This document shows, piece by piece, positions 9,600-19,473 of a DNA stretch of 64,000 nucleotides. Where the stretch lies: positions 1,024,001 to 1,088,000 of the forward strand of contig OZ244650.1 in the NCBI GenBank assembly GCA_965218785.1. Reading direction: 5' to 3'. Both the position numbers and the translations under genes were made by a program. Every line of letters starts with the position of its first letter. The stretch's first letter is position 1. This DNA is from Nitrosopumilus sp. (GTDB lineage: Archaea > Thermoproteota > Nitrososphaeria > Nitrososphaerales > Nitrosopumilaceae). The notes below the pieces were generated by a model. The model was not told where the DNA came from, searched no databases, and saw only the letters and a list, made by a program, of their open reading frames with translations.

Positions 9600-11693
9600 A
9601 TGCGACTTAGAAAATTCAGAGTCAGAGCATATAGATGCATTCATGATTCTGGAGAGATCACCGTTGGGGATTTGGCAGCTTTTGTCGGTAGAAATGAGAG
9701 TGGAAAAACCACCATCTTACAAGCACTGACTTTGCTAAATAGAGACGAAGAGGTTTCAGAACTGGATCTTTGTGACGAGATGGATCAAGAATTAAAAGAT
9801 GAGATGAAACTGGCAGAAGGCGAGTTTGATCTCAACTCGCATGAAACTAGTCTGTTAAAAGAAAAATTTCCCAACCTGCCAGAAATTAAAAAAATCAAAT
9901 TATTTAGAACAAACCGGAAACCTAAAGTCCAGTATGAGTTTGAAGACATAGAACTAAGCGAGTCCGAAGACACGGTACTAAATTCATGGGAAAATTTCTC
10001 AAAACAAATTCTTGAATTTTTAAACACGCTTCCAAACCATATTAGAATACAAATTGACACAAATTTCTTTGAAGGTGCAGGACCGAAGAATCAAGTAGCC
10101 TTTGATAGTGGAATGGCAGAATTCAGTAATCAATTTCATGTTATTGCCATTCAAGAACCCAGAGTCATTGAAAGATGGGAAGAGATCTACGAAAGTCCTG
10201 AAAACCAGTTTTCAAATCTTCTAAGTGGCGAAAATGAGAAAATCGCACTGCAAAACTATATCGAATCCGAACTACATCCAAGATTTGTATATTTTTCAGA
10301 TTACAAAAAAATCTACGGCAACATAAACCTCAACGAATATCAAAGAGAAGAAGAAAAGGAAAGAAAAGACTCGATCGAATTTGTCGAGGAATTTGACAAG
10401 GCAGAGACGGTAAGAAACCTCTTTTATCTGGCAGAGCTTGACATGAAGGAATTAGAGGAAGTAAGAGAGAGCCCCTCAAAATGCATCAAACTTCTTAATG
10501 TGGCAAGCAACAGATTGACACGCAAGTTAAACCCGGCATGGAAGGGAGATCCAATTCATGTGGATTTGAGATACAATCCCGGAAACATCATGAGTGTTGT
10601 AATTTCAGACGTCCATAGGGATGGAACAATTACAAACACGGGACTGCTAAATAGAAGGGCCGAGGGTTTCAAATGGACGTTTTCTTTTATTGTAAACTTT
10701 GCAGCAGAAACACAAAGAGCGGAATTAAAAGAGGCAATACTGCTTTTAGACGAACCTGCCAGAAATCTTCACCCCACACAACAGATGGGAATTTCCGATT
10801 TATTGAAAAATCTGGCAGGCTCTAACCAGGTTTTATATGCAACACATTCACCATTTATGATATTTGACTACACACCTGGCAACCTGCTAGTCGTAGAACT
10901 AGACAAGAGAAAACACCTCAGCAGAATATTTTATGATTATTGGAATGCAGATGACAAAACACTGACGCCGATTTTGTATGGATTATCCAGGGGTCAGGTT
11001 GAATCCATTGTAGATAGGGAGATAGGAACGAATTCCAGGCCGATAATCATTGTAGAGACAATGTCTGATGCAATGTATCTAAATGCGTTTGACAAGTTCC
11101 TGCAGGATCCGAATATTTCAATGAACCCGCTCAATATTGTAGCCGCATTTAACAAAAATTCGGTTTTACCACTGGCAATATTTTATAGAAATCACGGTTA
11201 CAAGACATTTGTTTTGTTGGATAACTCTGATGAATCAAAACAAATTTCCGCCCAACTGGTCTCAAATGAATTTTCATCAGTACAGGCAATCTTTTTTGAA
11301 CGAGGCGGGAAAAAACTAGAATCAATCGAGGATTACATCATGCCTGATGATTACATGCACGTGGTAAACCAGACGTATGAAATAAAATTAAGGGACGAGG
11401 GATTTTTGAATCTTACTTTACAGGATCTCGCCTCCAAAATGGATAAAGGAATCTTGAATAAATTAAGAAGGATATGGCAGGAGCACGCCGAGGATGACTG
11501 GGGGGAATTCAACAATGAAGAAATCACCAGGTACATATGTGAAAAAATCACACTTGAAGAGACGGATTTCCTCTCAGATAAGACAAAAGATCAATTCAGA
11601 TCATTGTACCGGCTAATCGCTGAAAGAATCAGGCAGTACCAGAACGTATCTACAAAACAGGATCTAGCCAAATTCCAAAAGGCCGGGGTCTAA
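9600..11693 (+). CDS. OLD-family-like ABC ATPase with a TOPRIM-like domain
   Basis: Walker A GRNESGKT, Walker B LLLDEP, H-loop ATHSP; TOPRIM-like IIIVETMSD. Confidence 0.8.
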   Translation: MRLRKFRVRAYRCIHDSGEITVGDLAAFVGRNESGKTTILQALTLLNRDEEVSELDLCDEMDQELKDEMKLAEGEFDLNSHETSLLKEKFPNLPEIKKIKLFRTNRKPKVQYEFEDIELSESEDTVLNSWENFSKQILEFLNTLPNHIRIQIDTNFFEGAGPKNQVAFDSGMAEFSNQFHVIAIQEPRVIERWEEIYESPENQFSNLLSGENEKIALQNYIESELHPRFVYFSDYKKIYGNINLNEYQREEEKERKDSIEFVEEFDKAETVRNLFYLAELDMKELEEVRESPSKCIKLLNVASNRLTRKLNPAWKGDPIHVDLRYNPGNIMSVVISDVHRDGTITNTGLLNRRAEGFKWTFSFIVNFAAETQRAELKEAILLLDEPARNLHPTQQMGISDLLKNLAGSNQVLYATHSPFMIFDYTPGNLLVVELDKRKHLSRIFYDYWNADDKTLTPILYGLSRGQVESIVDREIGTNSRPIIIVETMSDAMYLNAFDKFLQDPNISMNPLNIVAAFNKNSVLPLAIFYRNHGYKTFVLLDNSDESKQISAQLVSNEFSSVQAIFFERGGKKLESIEDYIMPDDYMHVVNQTYEIKLRDEGFLNLTLQDLASKMDKGILNKLRRIWQEHAEDDWGEFNNEEITRYICEKITLEETDFLSDKTKDQFRSLYRLIAERIRQYQNVSTKQDLAKFQKAGV

Positions 11694-11789
11694 GATTTAA
11701 GAAGGTTTCGCATGAAAAATACTGAAATAAAAAATAGAAATAGGGAAAAGTTCTTTAGGTTTAAGTGAGAGATGATCAGCCTGAATCAT

Positions 11790-13964
11790 ATGAATAAATC
11801 CTCGACGAGAGGAATCCTCCTTTCAATTACACTGTTGTTTTCAATAACACTTGCCACAATCCCCATGATGGCATATGCAGAAGTCAATGTCAAAAGTTTC
11901 GGATTGGAGGAAATAACAATTCTCGAGGTAATAAACGACTCAGATGATACCATCAGCACTGTTAGAATCTGGCTTGGAGATGATTTTAATTTTGTATCAT
12001 TTAAAACAGAAAAAGACTGGGCAGGGGAAAAAACCCCGCAAGGGATTATAATTTTCACAACATCCAAGGCAATCGGTCCCGGCGAGTCTGTAAAATTCGG
12101 TGTTAAAACAGACAAAGTAGAGCCGGGAATTAACTGGAAGGCATTAGATAGGAATGACAGACAACTCAACATAGGCAAGGTGTTGCCATTTGCAATATCA
12201 AATGGAAATACAAATACCGTTCCGCCACCGCCACCCGTCCCACCGGTGCAAAATACAGTGGAACCCCCACCCCCAAGCATGTCTTCTGAGTCAGTCTTTA
12301 GAATAATTCCAGACAAGCCAAACGTGGGTTCATCAATCAGGGTTACAGGAGATAATTTTGGCATATCCCAAGAATTTGATTTTTACATTGATTCAGAAAA
12401 ACTCGGCAGTTTTGAAACAGATGAAAACGGTGGTTTCATGACTACGATGAAAATTCCCGAGAATCAAAATGCAGACAGGGTGGATTTTAAAATTGTAGAC
12501 TCGGAAGGGGAAGAAAAAAAGATCAGTCTTAGAATAGGCGAGGTTGAAGACAGAACTCCGGTATCACCAACTACAGTCAGCCTTACAATCGAAGGAATTC
12601 CAAGCATAATACACAGGGGTGATATTTTGGATATATCTGGAACCGGAAATCCCGACAGTGCAGTCACTGCGGAAATTACCACGCCGGATGGCAATGTCAT
12701 TCACGCAAGAACAGCAGAGATAGACTCCCAAGGAAGTTGGAAGTTGGATGAATCGATACTCATATCATTGGATGCACAGTTTGGACAGTATAGCGCAGTT
12801 GTGACTGATGGAAGAGAGACCGTACAAAAGAACTGGACAGTCGAATCAAATAAAATAGTATCCATATCTCCAAGCAGTCTGAGATTTGAGCCCGGTGATA
12901 CCCTGATATTTAACGGAACTGCCAAACCCAGCACACCCATTGAGATGGTATTGGAGGATCCACGCGGAAAAGAGGTTTTTTCAGACATCATTCAAACCAA
13001 CAGTACCGGCTTTGTAAATTTTGAGTTTCACACAAGACAGAGCACCCCCAAAGGAACATACACCTTAATTGCAACACAGGAAAAAGAGACAGAGTTTGTT
13101 TTTGTAGGGCTGGGACAACTGCCAACAATTCCAATCAAGATAGAATTTGATAGAGTAAATTACCATGGCGTAAATGAGGCTATAATCTCATTTACGGGAA
13201 CGGGATCAGACGTGGTCAATTTGCTGATTCTTGATCCTTCAGACCAGCCGGTAGAAGACGCAACGACGATCATCACACTGCAGCCAGACGGCAAGGGAAC
13301 GTATTTTCTTGATCTAAGGGGATATACATCAGGGGTGTATACTGCCGTAGCTAACAAGGGAAGCGCTCAAAGCTCGGAATTCTTCGGAGTAGGCCTGGTT
13401 ACCGGTTCGCCGAATATTAATATTAATACAACAAAAAACGAATATCGCCCCGGGGAGCCGATTTTGATTCTGGGAGAGACTGCCACTGAAAACGTCCTGC
13501 TTTCTGTAACTTTGATTGACCCTGACGGAAACGAAGTCAAGACAAAGGAGACTTTTTCAGACAAGGAAAAAAAGATTTCTGAAAAATCCTTTAGAATCCC
13601 AAGTCATGGAGCACCGGGAACATGGACGATTCACGCAAAGAGCGGTTTAAATTTTCATACTGTGGATATCGAGGTTTTGGCGGCATTATCTGAAGGAATG
13701 CAGTTATCTGTCACAGATGGAAGCAGCGGCATGCGTAATGAAACACAGATTGACATAAGAATAACAGGTGTTCACCAAACTCCAAAGATCGAAGTATTTA
13801 CAAAAGACGGTCTGAGCATTGGAACTCTGACGGCTAATCCGACTGGTAACGGGGAAATCAACGTGCCTTGGTCATTTCCCATGGATACCGCACCTGGAAC
13901 ATATACAATCAAGGCGACAAACGGATCTGATTCTGCAGAAACCACTTATGAGCTGAAAGGATGA
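11790..13964 (+). CDS. Large secreted Ig-like repeat surface protein
   Basis: Signal peptide ending AYA; Pro-rich linker; repeated beta-sandwich modules (DPxG...GTYT). Confidence 0.75.
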   Translation: MNKSSTRGILLSITLLFSITLATIPMMAYAEVNVKSFGLEEITILEVINDSDDTISTVRIWLGDDFNFVSFKTEKDWAGEKTPQGIIIFTTSKAIGPGESVKFGVKTDKVEPGINWKALDRNDRQLNIGKVLPFAISNGNTNTVPPPPPVPPVQNTVEPPPPSMSSESVFRIIPDKPNVGSSIRVTGDNFGISQEFDFYIDSEKLGSFETDENGGFMTTMKIPENQNADRVDFKIVDSEGEEKKISLRIGEVEDRTPVSPTTVSLTIEGIPSIIHRGDILDISGTGNPDSAVTAEITTPDGNVIHARTAEIDSQGSWKLDESILISLDAQFGQYSAVVTDGRETVQKNWTVESNKIVSISPSSLRFEPGDTLIFNGTAKPSTPIEMVLEDPRGKEVFSDIIQTNSTGFVNFEFHTRQSTPKGTYTLIATQEKETEFVFVGLGQLPTIPIKIEFDRVNYHGVNEAIISFTGTGSDVVNLLILDPSDQPVEDATTIITLQPDGKGTYFLDLRGYTSGVYTAVANKGSAQSSEFFGVGLVTGSPNININTTKNEYRPGEPILILGETATENVLLSVTLIDPDGNEVKTKETFSDKEKKISEKSFRIPSHGAPGTWTIHAKSGLNFHTVDIEVLAALSEGMQLSVTDGSSGMRNETQIDIRITGVHQTPKIEVFTKDGLSIGTLTANPTGNGEINVPWSFPMDTAPGTYTIKATNGSDSAETTYELKG

Positions 13965-14003
13965 TTTCAAACAATTTTATTTCCCTCAAAAACATCCATT
14001 CCC

Positions 14004-14516
14004 ATGAACCTTAGAGAAAAAATTGCAGAATATCCGGATTTTCCCAAAAAAGGAATCCTATTTCGGGACTTTGGCCCGATTCTCAAAGATCCGTCGGCCC
14101 TGTCTTTGATTGCCGATGAATTCTCAAAACACTTTCATCCAAATGACATTGATCTGTTTGCAGGAATCGAGTCAAGGGGATTCATTCTTGCCTCTGTTCT
14201 AGCCGTAAAATACGACAAGGGCATGATAATGATAAGAAAGGCAGGAAAATTGCCCGGAAAGACTGTAAAACTGTCGTATACGATCGAGTATGGCAGGGAT
14301 GCAGTAGAGATTCAAAAAGACATCATCAAAGAGGGGCAAAGAATACTCATCTGTGATGACTTGCTTGCAACAGGAGGCACGGCAAAGGCATCTGCAAGAC
14401 TAGTTGAAAAGGTGGGGGGGAAGATCTCAGGCTTTGCATTCATCATAGAACTGACTGATCTAAACGGAATCAGCAAGATCAAAAAGTATGATTGTAAATC
14501 ACTGGTGAAGTATTAA
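14004..14516 (+). CDS. apt: Adenine phosphoribosyltransferase
   Basis: [27 protein letters not shown] and DDLLATGGT. Confidence 0.96.
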   Translation: MNLREKIAEYPDFPKKGILFRDFGPILKDPSALSLIADEFSKHFHPNDIDLFAGIESRGFILASVLAVKYDKGMIMIRKAGKLPGKTVKLSYTIEYGRDAVEIQKDIIKEGQRILICDDLLATGGTAKASARLVEKVGGKISGFAFIIELTDLNGISKIKKYDCKSLVKY

Positions 14517-15307
14517 TGCAAAAAGATGTGGAGATTGGTATTTTTGGAGGGACCGGAATTTACGATTCGGGTCTTCTTGAAAATCCCCGGGAGATTGAGA
14601 TGGACACACCCTATGGCAGGCCGTCAGATACCATAACAGTCGGAATCTTCAACGGGCGAAAAATTGCCTTTCTTCCAAGACACGGAAAAAAACACACCAT
14701 CCCGCCACACATGATTAATTTCAAGGCAAATGTTTGGGCATTCCAGGAATTGGGAATTACAAGAATCATAGCACCATCAGCAGTTGGAAGCCTGAAAGAA
14801 GAGCTGGAACCGGGTCATTTTGCATTACCCTCACAGTTCATAGACTTTACCAAATCCCGGGATGGCTCGTTTTCAAAAGACGGAAGGGTCATCCATATTT
14901 CAGTAGCCGATCCCTTCTGTCCTGAATTACAATCATCAATTCTCAAGGTGACTGACAGGCAGGATCTAAAGATGCACAGGGACTGCACCTATGTGTGCAT
15001 CGAGGGACCGCGATTTTCAACCAAGGCAGAATCAAAATTCTACAGGACTACAGGTGCGGACATTATTGGCATGACGCTGGTTCCAGAATGCCAGTTGGCA
15101 AGGGAAGCGCAGATGTGTTATGCGTCAATTTCAACTGTCACAGATTATGATGTCTGGGCCGAGAAACCAGTTACTGCCAAGGCCGTCATGGAAACACTTT
15201 CAAAAAATGTAGAGAGAACAAAGATGGTATTGACAGAATTAATTGATGAGATTCCTAAAACCAGGAGTTGCTCATGTGCCGGCGCACTACACGAGGCGGA
15301 ATTTTAA
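14516..15307 (+). CDS. mtnP: S-methyl-5'-thioadenosine phosphorylase
   Basis: [31 protein letters not shown] and TDYD. Confidence 0.93.
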   Translation: MQKDVEIGIFGGTGIYDSGLLENPREIEMDTPYGRPSDTITVGIFNGRKIAFLPRHGKKHTIPPHMINFKANVWAFQELGITRIIAPSAVGSLKEELEPGHFALPSQFIDFTKSRDGSFSKDGRVIHISVADPFCPELQSSILKVTDRQDLKMHRDCTYVCIEGPRFSTKAESKFYRTTGADIIGMTLVPECQLAREAQMCYASISTVTDYDVWAEKPVTAKAVMETLSKNVERTKMVLTELIDEIPKTRSCSCAGALHEAEF

Positions 15308-15588
15308 TCATCCACAAAGGATTCTTTTTTTAATCCTTCTGGCAAAGTCAGATCACCCTGAAGCAGGTTTTTTTGCAGCTGCAAGATTACCTGTTCGGCA
15401 TCATGCCCCAGATTCTCCAGTTCCTTTTGAGTTGTTTTGGAGATTTTTGCGCCGACGTTTTGTCCGCCTATCCTACCAAACGCGATTGCCGTAAAACGAA
15501 ACTCGTTGTCATCTAGCGTAAATGTACCGGTAATCTTGGCTGCCATCTGGCTTCCGTGAACGTTGTTGATGTGAACTTTGAGATCCAT
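15304..15588 (-). CDS. Hypothetical protein
   Basis: 94-aa ORF with protein-like composition, co-oriented with upstream ORFs. Confidence 0.7.
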   Translation of the reverse strand: MDLKVHINNVHGSQMAAKITGTFTLDDNEFRFTAIAFGRIGGQNVGAKISKTTQKELENLGHDAEQVILQLQKNLLQGDLTLPEGLKKESFVDD

Positions 15589-15595
15589 TTCAGAA

Positions 15596-16036
15596 TTAAA
15601 TCTCTACGGCCTTGTTGATATTCTCATCAATTAAAAAACTCCAGTGGTCCTTGTCATCAACCTTGAAATCCTTGACTGCAAGCGCAATTATATGTTCATC
15701 CAAACACTCGTGTTTTATTTCACCTGTCTCCTTTACCTTGACTAGTTTCCATTTGTATTTTCCCTGCTGTAATTTGCATACTGTAACTGCCCATTTTGCA
15801 TCAGGATCAATCCTTGGCATCCCTACCAGATCTGCCACTTCCTCAATTCCGAGTTGTTTTTCCTCGCAGAATCGTTTCTTGCAAACGCCGCATCTCCAGA
15901 CATCGACTGAACCGATCGTTTTCTCGTCTAGGTTTATGTTTATCACTCCATAGTAAACGGGCTGATGCTTGCATGTTTCAGTGTCAATACTCAATGGTGT
16001 TTCCCAATCCACAGCATTATTTAGTTCTTGCATCAT
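15596..16036 (-). CDS. Hypothetical protein, possibly zinc-binding
   Basis: Start moved to MMQELNN, overlapping the upstream stop; CxH and CxxC motifs. Confidence 0.7.
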   Translation of the reverse strand: MMQELNNAVDWETPLSIDTETCKHQPVYYGVININLDEKTIGSVDVWRCGVCKKRFCEEKQLGIEEVADLVGMPRIDPDAKWAVTVCKLQQGKYKWKLVKVKETGEIKHECLDEHIIALAVKDFKVDDKDHWSFLIDENINKAVEI

Positions 16037-16373
16037 CGTAGAATTTTTCCAACGCAGCCCCCATGCTATCGACAGTGTTGTTTCGTTTAAATTCAATATT
16101 CTCTCGTTCACACATCTTTCTGTACATGTTGACTGCCGTAAATCTGGGATGCATTGCCTCAAACTCTGTCTTGGAAAAATCTATGAACGCCCCGAGTGTG
16201 ACTAGCTGTTCGGCTGTCTTTTGTGCATCATCTGGTGTGATCTTTAACTTTTCTGCAATTTCTGATGATGTCATTTTTCCATAACAGGTAATCAACAGGT
16301 ATATTTTGGCCTGGATAGGTTCCAGCCTGATCTCAGAGACTAGATGATTTTCAATTTTAGAGGAATCCAACAT
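16017..16373 (-). CDS. TrmB-like winged-helix protein
   Basis: AKIYLLI..YGKMTSSEIAEKL pattern. Confidence 0.65.
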   Translation of the reverse strand: MLDSSKIENHLVSEIRLEPIQAKIYLLITCYGKMTSSEIAEKLKITPDDAQKTAEQLVTLGAFIDFSKTEFEAMHPRFTAVNMYRKMCERENIEFKRNNTVDSMGAALEKFYDDARTK

Positions 16374-16678
16374 TGGCTAAATCTTGAAAAATGGTAATAA
16401 AAACCAAAGAACACAGAAAGCAGTTTGTATTTTTCCTGATTTCCAAAAACTTTCTTTTATTTACTGCCAGCATCCGAACTCCCATCCCGCCAATTATTTG
16501 TGCGTATATGGAAAACGGCATAAATGCAGTGCTGTCACGTCGCAAAGAATCGCACAATAGGGAGAATCCGATCAGTCCTCATCCCTTCTTCTTCTTCTTC
16601 TTCTTTTTATTATCATCTGTCTTTCATGCAGAACCCATCTTCAAAAGGTTGTTATAGAATTCCTGATCTTCTCAAGAT

Positions 16679-16978
16679 GTGCCACTTACAAATAACGTGA
16701 TAATCAAGCTAAATGAAATAACCACCATGATCGAAGACAAGTCAAAACTTACAGAGTCAGAGATAGATGAAATAAAATCCATTTTCAAAACCCTTGTTGA
16801 AAACGGGGAAAGATACGATGTGGATGAAATTGAATACTGGTTTGAAAATGAGGGAAGCTGGACTAACAAAGAGTCTAGAGTCAGAATTACAAATCTTTCT
16901 AGTTATGTCCAGGACAAGTACCAACAAACGGCCCATCTGAGAATCCTTTCTGATGATGATCAAGACTGCTGTAGTTAG
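16679..16978 (+). CDS. Hypothetical protein
   Basis: 99-aa acidic ORF with TATA-like gttatag about 28 bp upstream. Confidence 0.7.
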   Translation: MPLTNNVIIKLNEITTMIEDKSKLTESEIDEIKSIFKTLVENGERYDVDEIEYWFENEGSWTNKESRVRITNLSSYVQDKYQQTAHLRILSDDDQDCCS

Positions 16979-17200
16979 CTAGGTTTCCAGCTGCTCTAAC
17001 AGTCTTCCGACAATTTTTGCGTTTTCCTTTCTTTCATCGCGAATTTCCTTCAGACGGTTTTCATTTTTACCCTTTGAAAGTATTTCAAAGTATTCCTCAT
17101 CCAAATCATTATTTGCCTGCAGTCTCTTGATCACCTCAAACAGTATTCCAATTACCTGCTTTTGTGCATCAATTAATTCATCCTTGCTACTCTCAGACAT
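16979..17200 (-). CDS. Hypothetical coiled-coil protein
   Basis: 73 aa; overlaps the stop of the upstream HD gene. Confidence 0.7.
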   Translation of the reverse strand: MSESSKDELIDAQKQVIGILFEVIKRLQANNDLDEEYFEILSKGKNENRLKEIRDERKENAKIVGRLLEQLET

Positions 17201-17735
17201 TTTCTTTCTCCCCGATAATCTTTTTAAATAATTCTTTTAGCCGAGGATCTGTAATCTCTGCTTCGGCAGACTTTAGAAACGGCTCTAATTTTTCTTTTGC
17301 ATGTCCTTCATTTTGATATATTCTGGCCTGAAGTGCCATTTCCAATTTGTCAATCTGATGTACGATTTTTGACTCGGGGGAGGTGTTTTCTTGGTATTCC
17401 CGCCAAATTTGCAGATATTGTGATTTTATCGGGTCTGGCAAATCCGTGATGATTTTATCAAACGCGTTATCCTCCAACCTGTTTTTTTCATTCCTGTCTG
17501 TCTGTTCGGGAGTGTGGTCTCCGATTACTGACTCTGCTAGATCATGTAGCAGCGTCATCTTGAGAATTTTTTCTGTGTTATAGCCAGTCAAATCAGATAT
17601 GAGCATGCCCATTACTGCCATCGAGTAGGAGTGGTCGGCTACGGATTCGGGGTCATCCAGGAATAGCTTGTCGACCCATCCCTGCCGGGGTATCTTTTTC
17701 AAATTGGCCGCAGTTTTTAAAAAATTCAAATCCAT
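17193..17735 (-). CDS. HD-domain hydrolase (YfbR/HDDC2-like 5'-deoxynucleotidase)
   Basis: LK..PRQGW, ESVADHS, LLHDLAE..IGD and DKLE motifs. Confidence 0.88.
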   Translation of the reverse strand: MDLNFLKTAANLKKIPRQGWVDKLFLDDPESVADHSYSMAVMGMLISDLTGYNTEKILKMTLLHDLAESVIGDHTPEQTDRNEKNRLEDNAFDKIITDLPDPIKSQYLQIWREYQENTSPESKIVHQIDKLEMALQARIYQNEGHAKEKLEPFLKSAEAEITDPRLKELFKKIIGEKENV

Positions 17736-17820
17736 CTTATGCTGTTTTACTGGTATTTTCTCCTAATGAATTTTCATATTACGTTACAAACAACATAATA
17801 GTTGATTTTACAGGGATACT

Positions 17821-18360
17821 ATGATGAAGATTTACACTAAAACCGGCGATGATGGAAATACGGGCCTGCAGGGGAATCTCAGAATAGCAAAATCACACCC
17901 AAGAATCATCTCATATGGCACCGTGGATGAGGCAAACGCCGCACTGGGCGTGGTTCTTGTAAATGTGTTAGATGAGGATTTGACAGCTGTTTTACGGGAC
18001 ATTCAAAACGACCTGTTTCTAGTTGGTGCCGACCTTTCAAACCCGAACCTAAATGACACTAAAAACAGGATTACCCTGGATATGATTACAAAGTTAGAGG
18101 GGCATATTGACAGGTTTGAATCCGAACTCCCGCCCCTGAAAAACTTTATCCTGCCGGGGGGGAACACTGCAGCATCACAGCTGCATCATGTCCGAACCGT
18201 CATACGCAGGGCTGAAACTAGGATTGTCCAACTGAGTGAAAATGACGAAATCAACTTGAACTGCATCAAATATGTCAACAGGCTATCTGATCTGTTTTTC
18301 GTTATGGGCCGCCTGATAAACAAAAGAGACGGCATAGAGGACATATTGTGGACGCCGTAA
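17821..18360 (+). CDS. PduO-type cob(I)alamin adenosyltransferase
   Basis: KIYTKTGDDG.T, GTVDEAN, FILPGG, RTVIRRAE and NRLSD. Confidence 0.95.
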   Translation: MMKIYTKTGDDGNTGLQGNLRIAKSHPRIISYGTVDEANAALGVVLVNVLDEDLTAVLRDIQNDLFLVGADLSNPNLNDTKNRITLDMITKLEGHIDRFESELPPLKNFILPGGNTAASQLHHVRTVIRRAETRIVQLSENDEINLNCIKYVNRLSDLFFVMGRLINKRDGIEDILWTP

Positions 18361-18382
18361 ACTGCGGATATTCTGTGTTGGA

Positions 18383-18426
18383 CGTGGTGTATTCTGGTGA
18401 ACTGATTACCAAAATGTATCAGAGCC
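18383..18426 (+). repeat. Dispersed intergenic repeat, copy A
   Basis: 38/44 identical by eye to 19135-19178. Confidence 0.8.
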
Positions 18427-18793
18427 AAAAGCTTGAAGGGCATACATTGATCCTGCAACCGGTAAGGATATGACATCTTCGATGCAGATCACAGAAAAGT
18501 GATGCTTAAGAAATATGATAACGGGAAAAATCCATTGTTCGTTATCGGTACGACCAACCATAGGGTGTGCCAGCTAACGAATTCATTCTGCATATGAAGA
18601 GGTTCAAGGCGATGACAAACACACATTCTTGGTGCTTGGGAAGATGATGGTTTTACGTATATCGATACGGCATCCTGTCAATCATGGAACCTCAGACAAA
18701 GATGCTGAAAAACTTGGGCTGCACTATGCACAGGAATCATACATACGGATTGACCAAAGTGGAAAAACAGATTTCATGCCCGAGTCTGATTAA
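18414..18793 (+). pseudogene. Fragmented ORF (multiple frameshifts), unknown function
   Basis: Protein-like segments in alternating frames: IDPATGKDM, HILGAWEDDGFTYIDT and DAEKLGLHYAQESYIRIDQSGK. Confidence 0.4.
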
Positions 18794-18810
18794 AATTTTA
18801 TAAAAGGCAT

Positions 18811-19047
18811 GTGGGCATATCTGACATGGTTGAAGAAATAACAAAGATTGGCAAGGATGGCGCAACGCTATACAAGAATACGTTTAGCACATGCACTAAC
18901 GAATGGATCGATCTTGGCATATTACTAACAGGGCTGCCACATGGTGCATTCAAGCTAGCACATCTTCCTCTAGGTCTCAAGGCAGAATATGACGTCTGGG
19001 ATAAAAAACGCCGGGCAGAGATAGCAGCATCCAACGGCGAAGAATGA
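18811..19047 (+). CDS. Hypothetical protein
   Basis: 78-aa ORF inside the repeat-flanked cassette. Confidence 0.5.
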   Translation: MGISDMVEEITKIGKDGATLYKNTFSTCTNEWIDLGILLTGLPHGAFKLAHLPLGLKAEYDVWDKKRRAEIAASNGEE

Positions 19048-19134
19048 ACTGTTTATACTGCAGTTGCCACCTTTATCCAAATCAGGATCCGATTATTTGC
19101 CTGGTCTGATCATGAGCAGGCTGCCAAAAGGCGG

Positions 19135-19178
19135 CGTGGCGTATTCCTGTGATCTGATCACCAAAATGCATCAGAGCC
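19135..19178 (+). repeat. Dispersed intergenic repeat, copy B
   Basis: cgtggcgtattcctgtgatctgatcaccaaaatgcatcagagcc. Confidence 0.8.
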
Positions 19179-19325
19179 GTTTTGCCCATGAATTATTTCG
19201 TGATGAAATTCAGAATTACTTTGTGTCTTTGCCCGTATGACCGGATCACATGTGAATAAAAGATTGAGGATAATATCAATAAAAAGACAGGTTTTAATGC
19301 CTCAACCGGATTTATTTTTCCAAGT

Positions 19326-19399
19326 GCCGTGGTAGCTCAGCCTGGGAGAGCACTCGGCTGAAGACCGGGCTGTCGCGCGTTCAAATCCCGCCCGCGGCA
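19326..19399 (+). tRNA. tRNA-Phe (GAA), intronless, CCA not encoded
   Basis: Acceptor GCCGTGG/CCGCGGC; D arm GCTC/GAGC; anticodon arm CTCGG-CT GAA GA-CCGGG; T loop TTCAAAT; TATA-like ttttaat about 30 bp upstream. Confidence 0.95.
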
Positions 19400-19473
19400 C
19401 TGTTATTACCTTATGCGTGCCTGTAGATTGCCTGTTTAAATGAATGGGGGATCTTTAGAGTATATTATTGCCG

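Noticed and set aside
16572-16616. Poly-Arg peptide MIIKRRRRRRRDED on the minus strand
   Set aside because: It is explained by a (TTC)6 microsatellite, and there is no independent support for coding.
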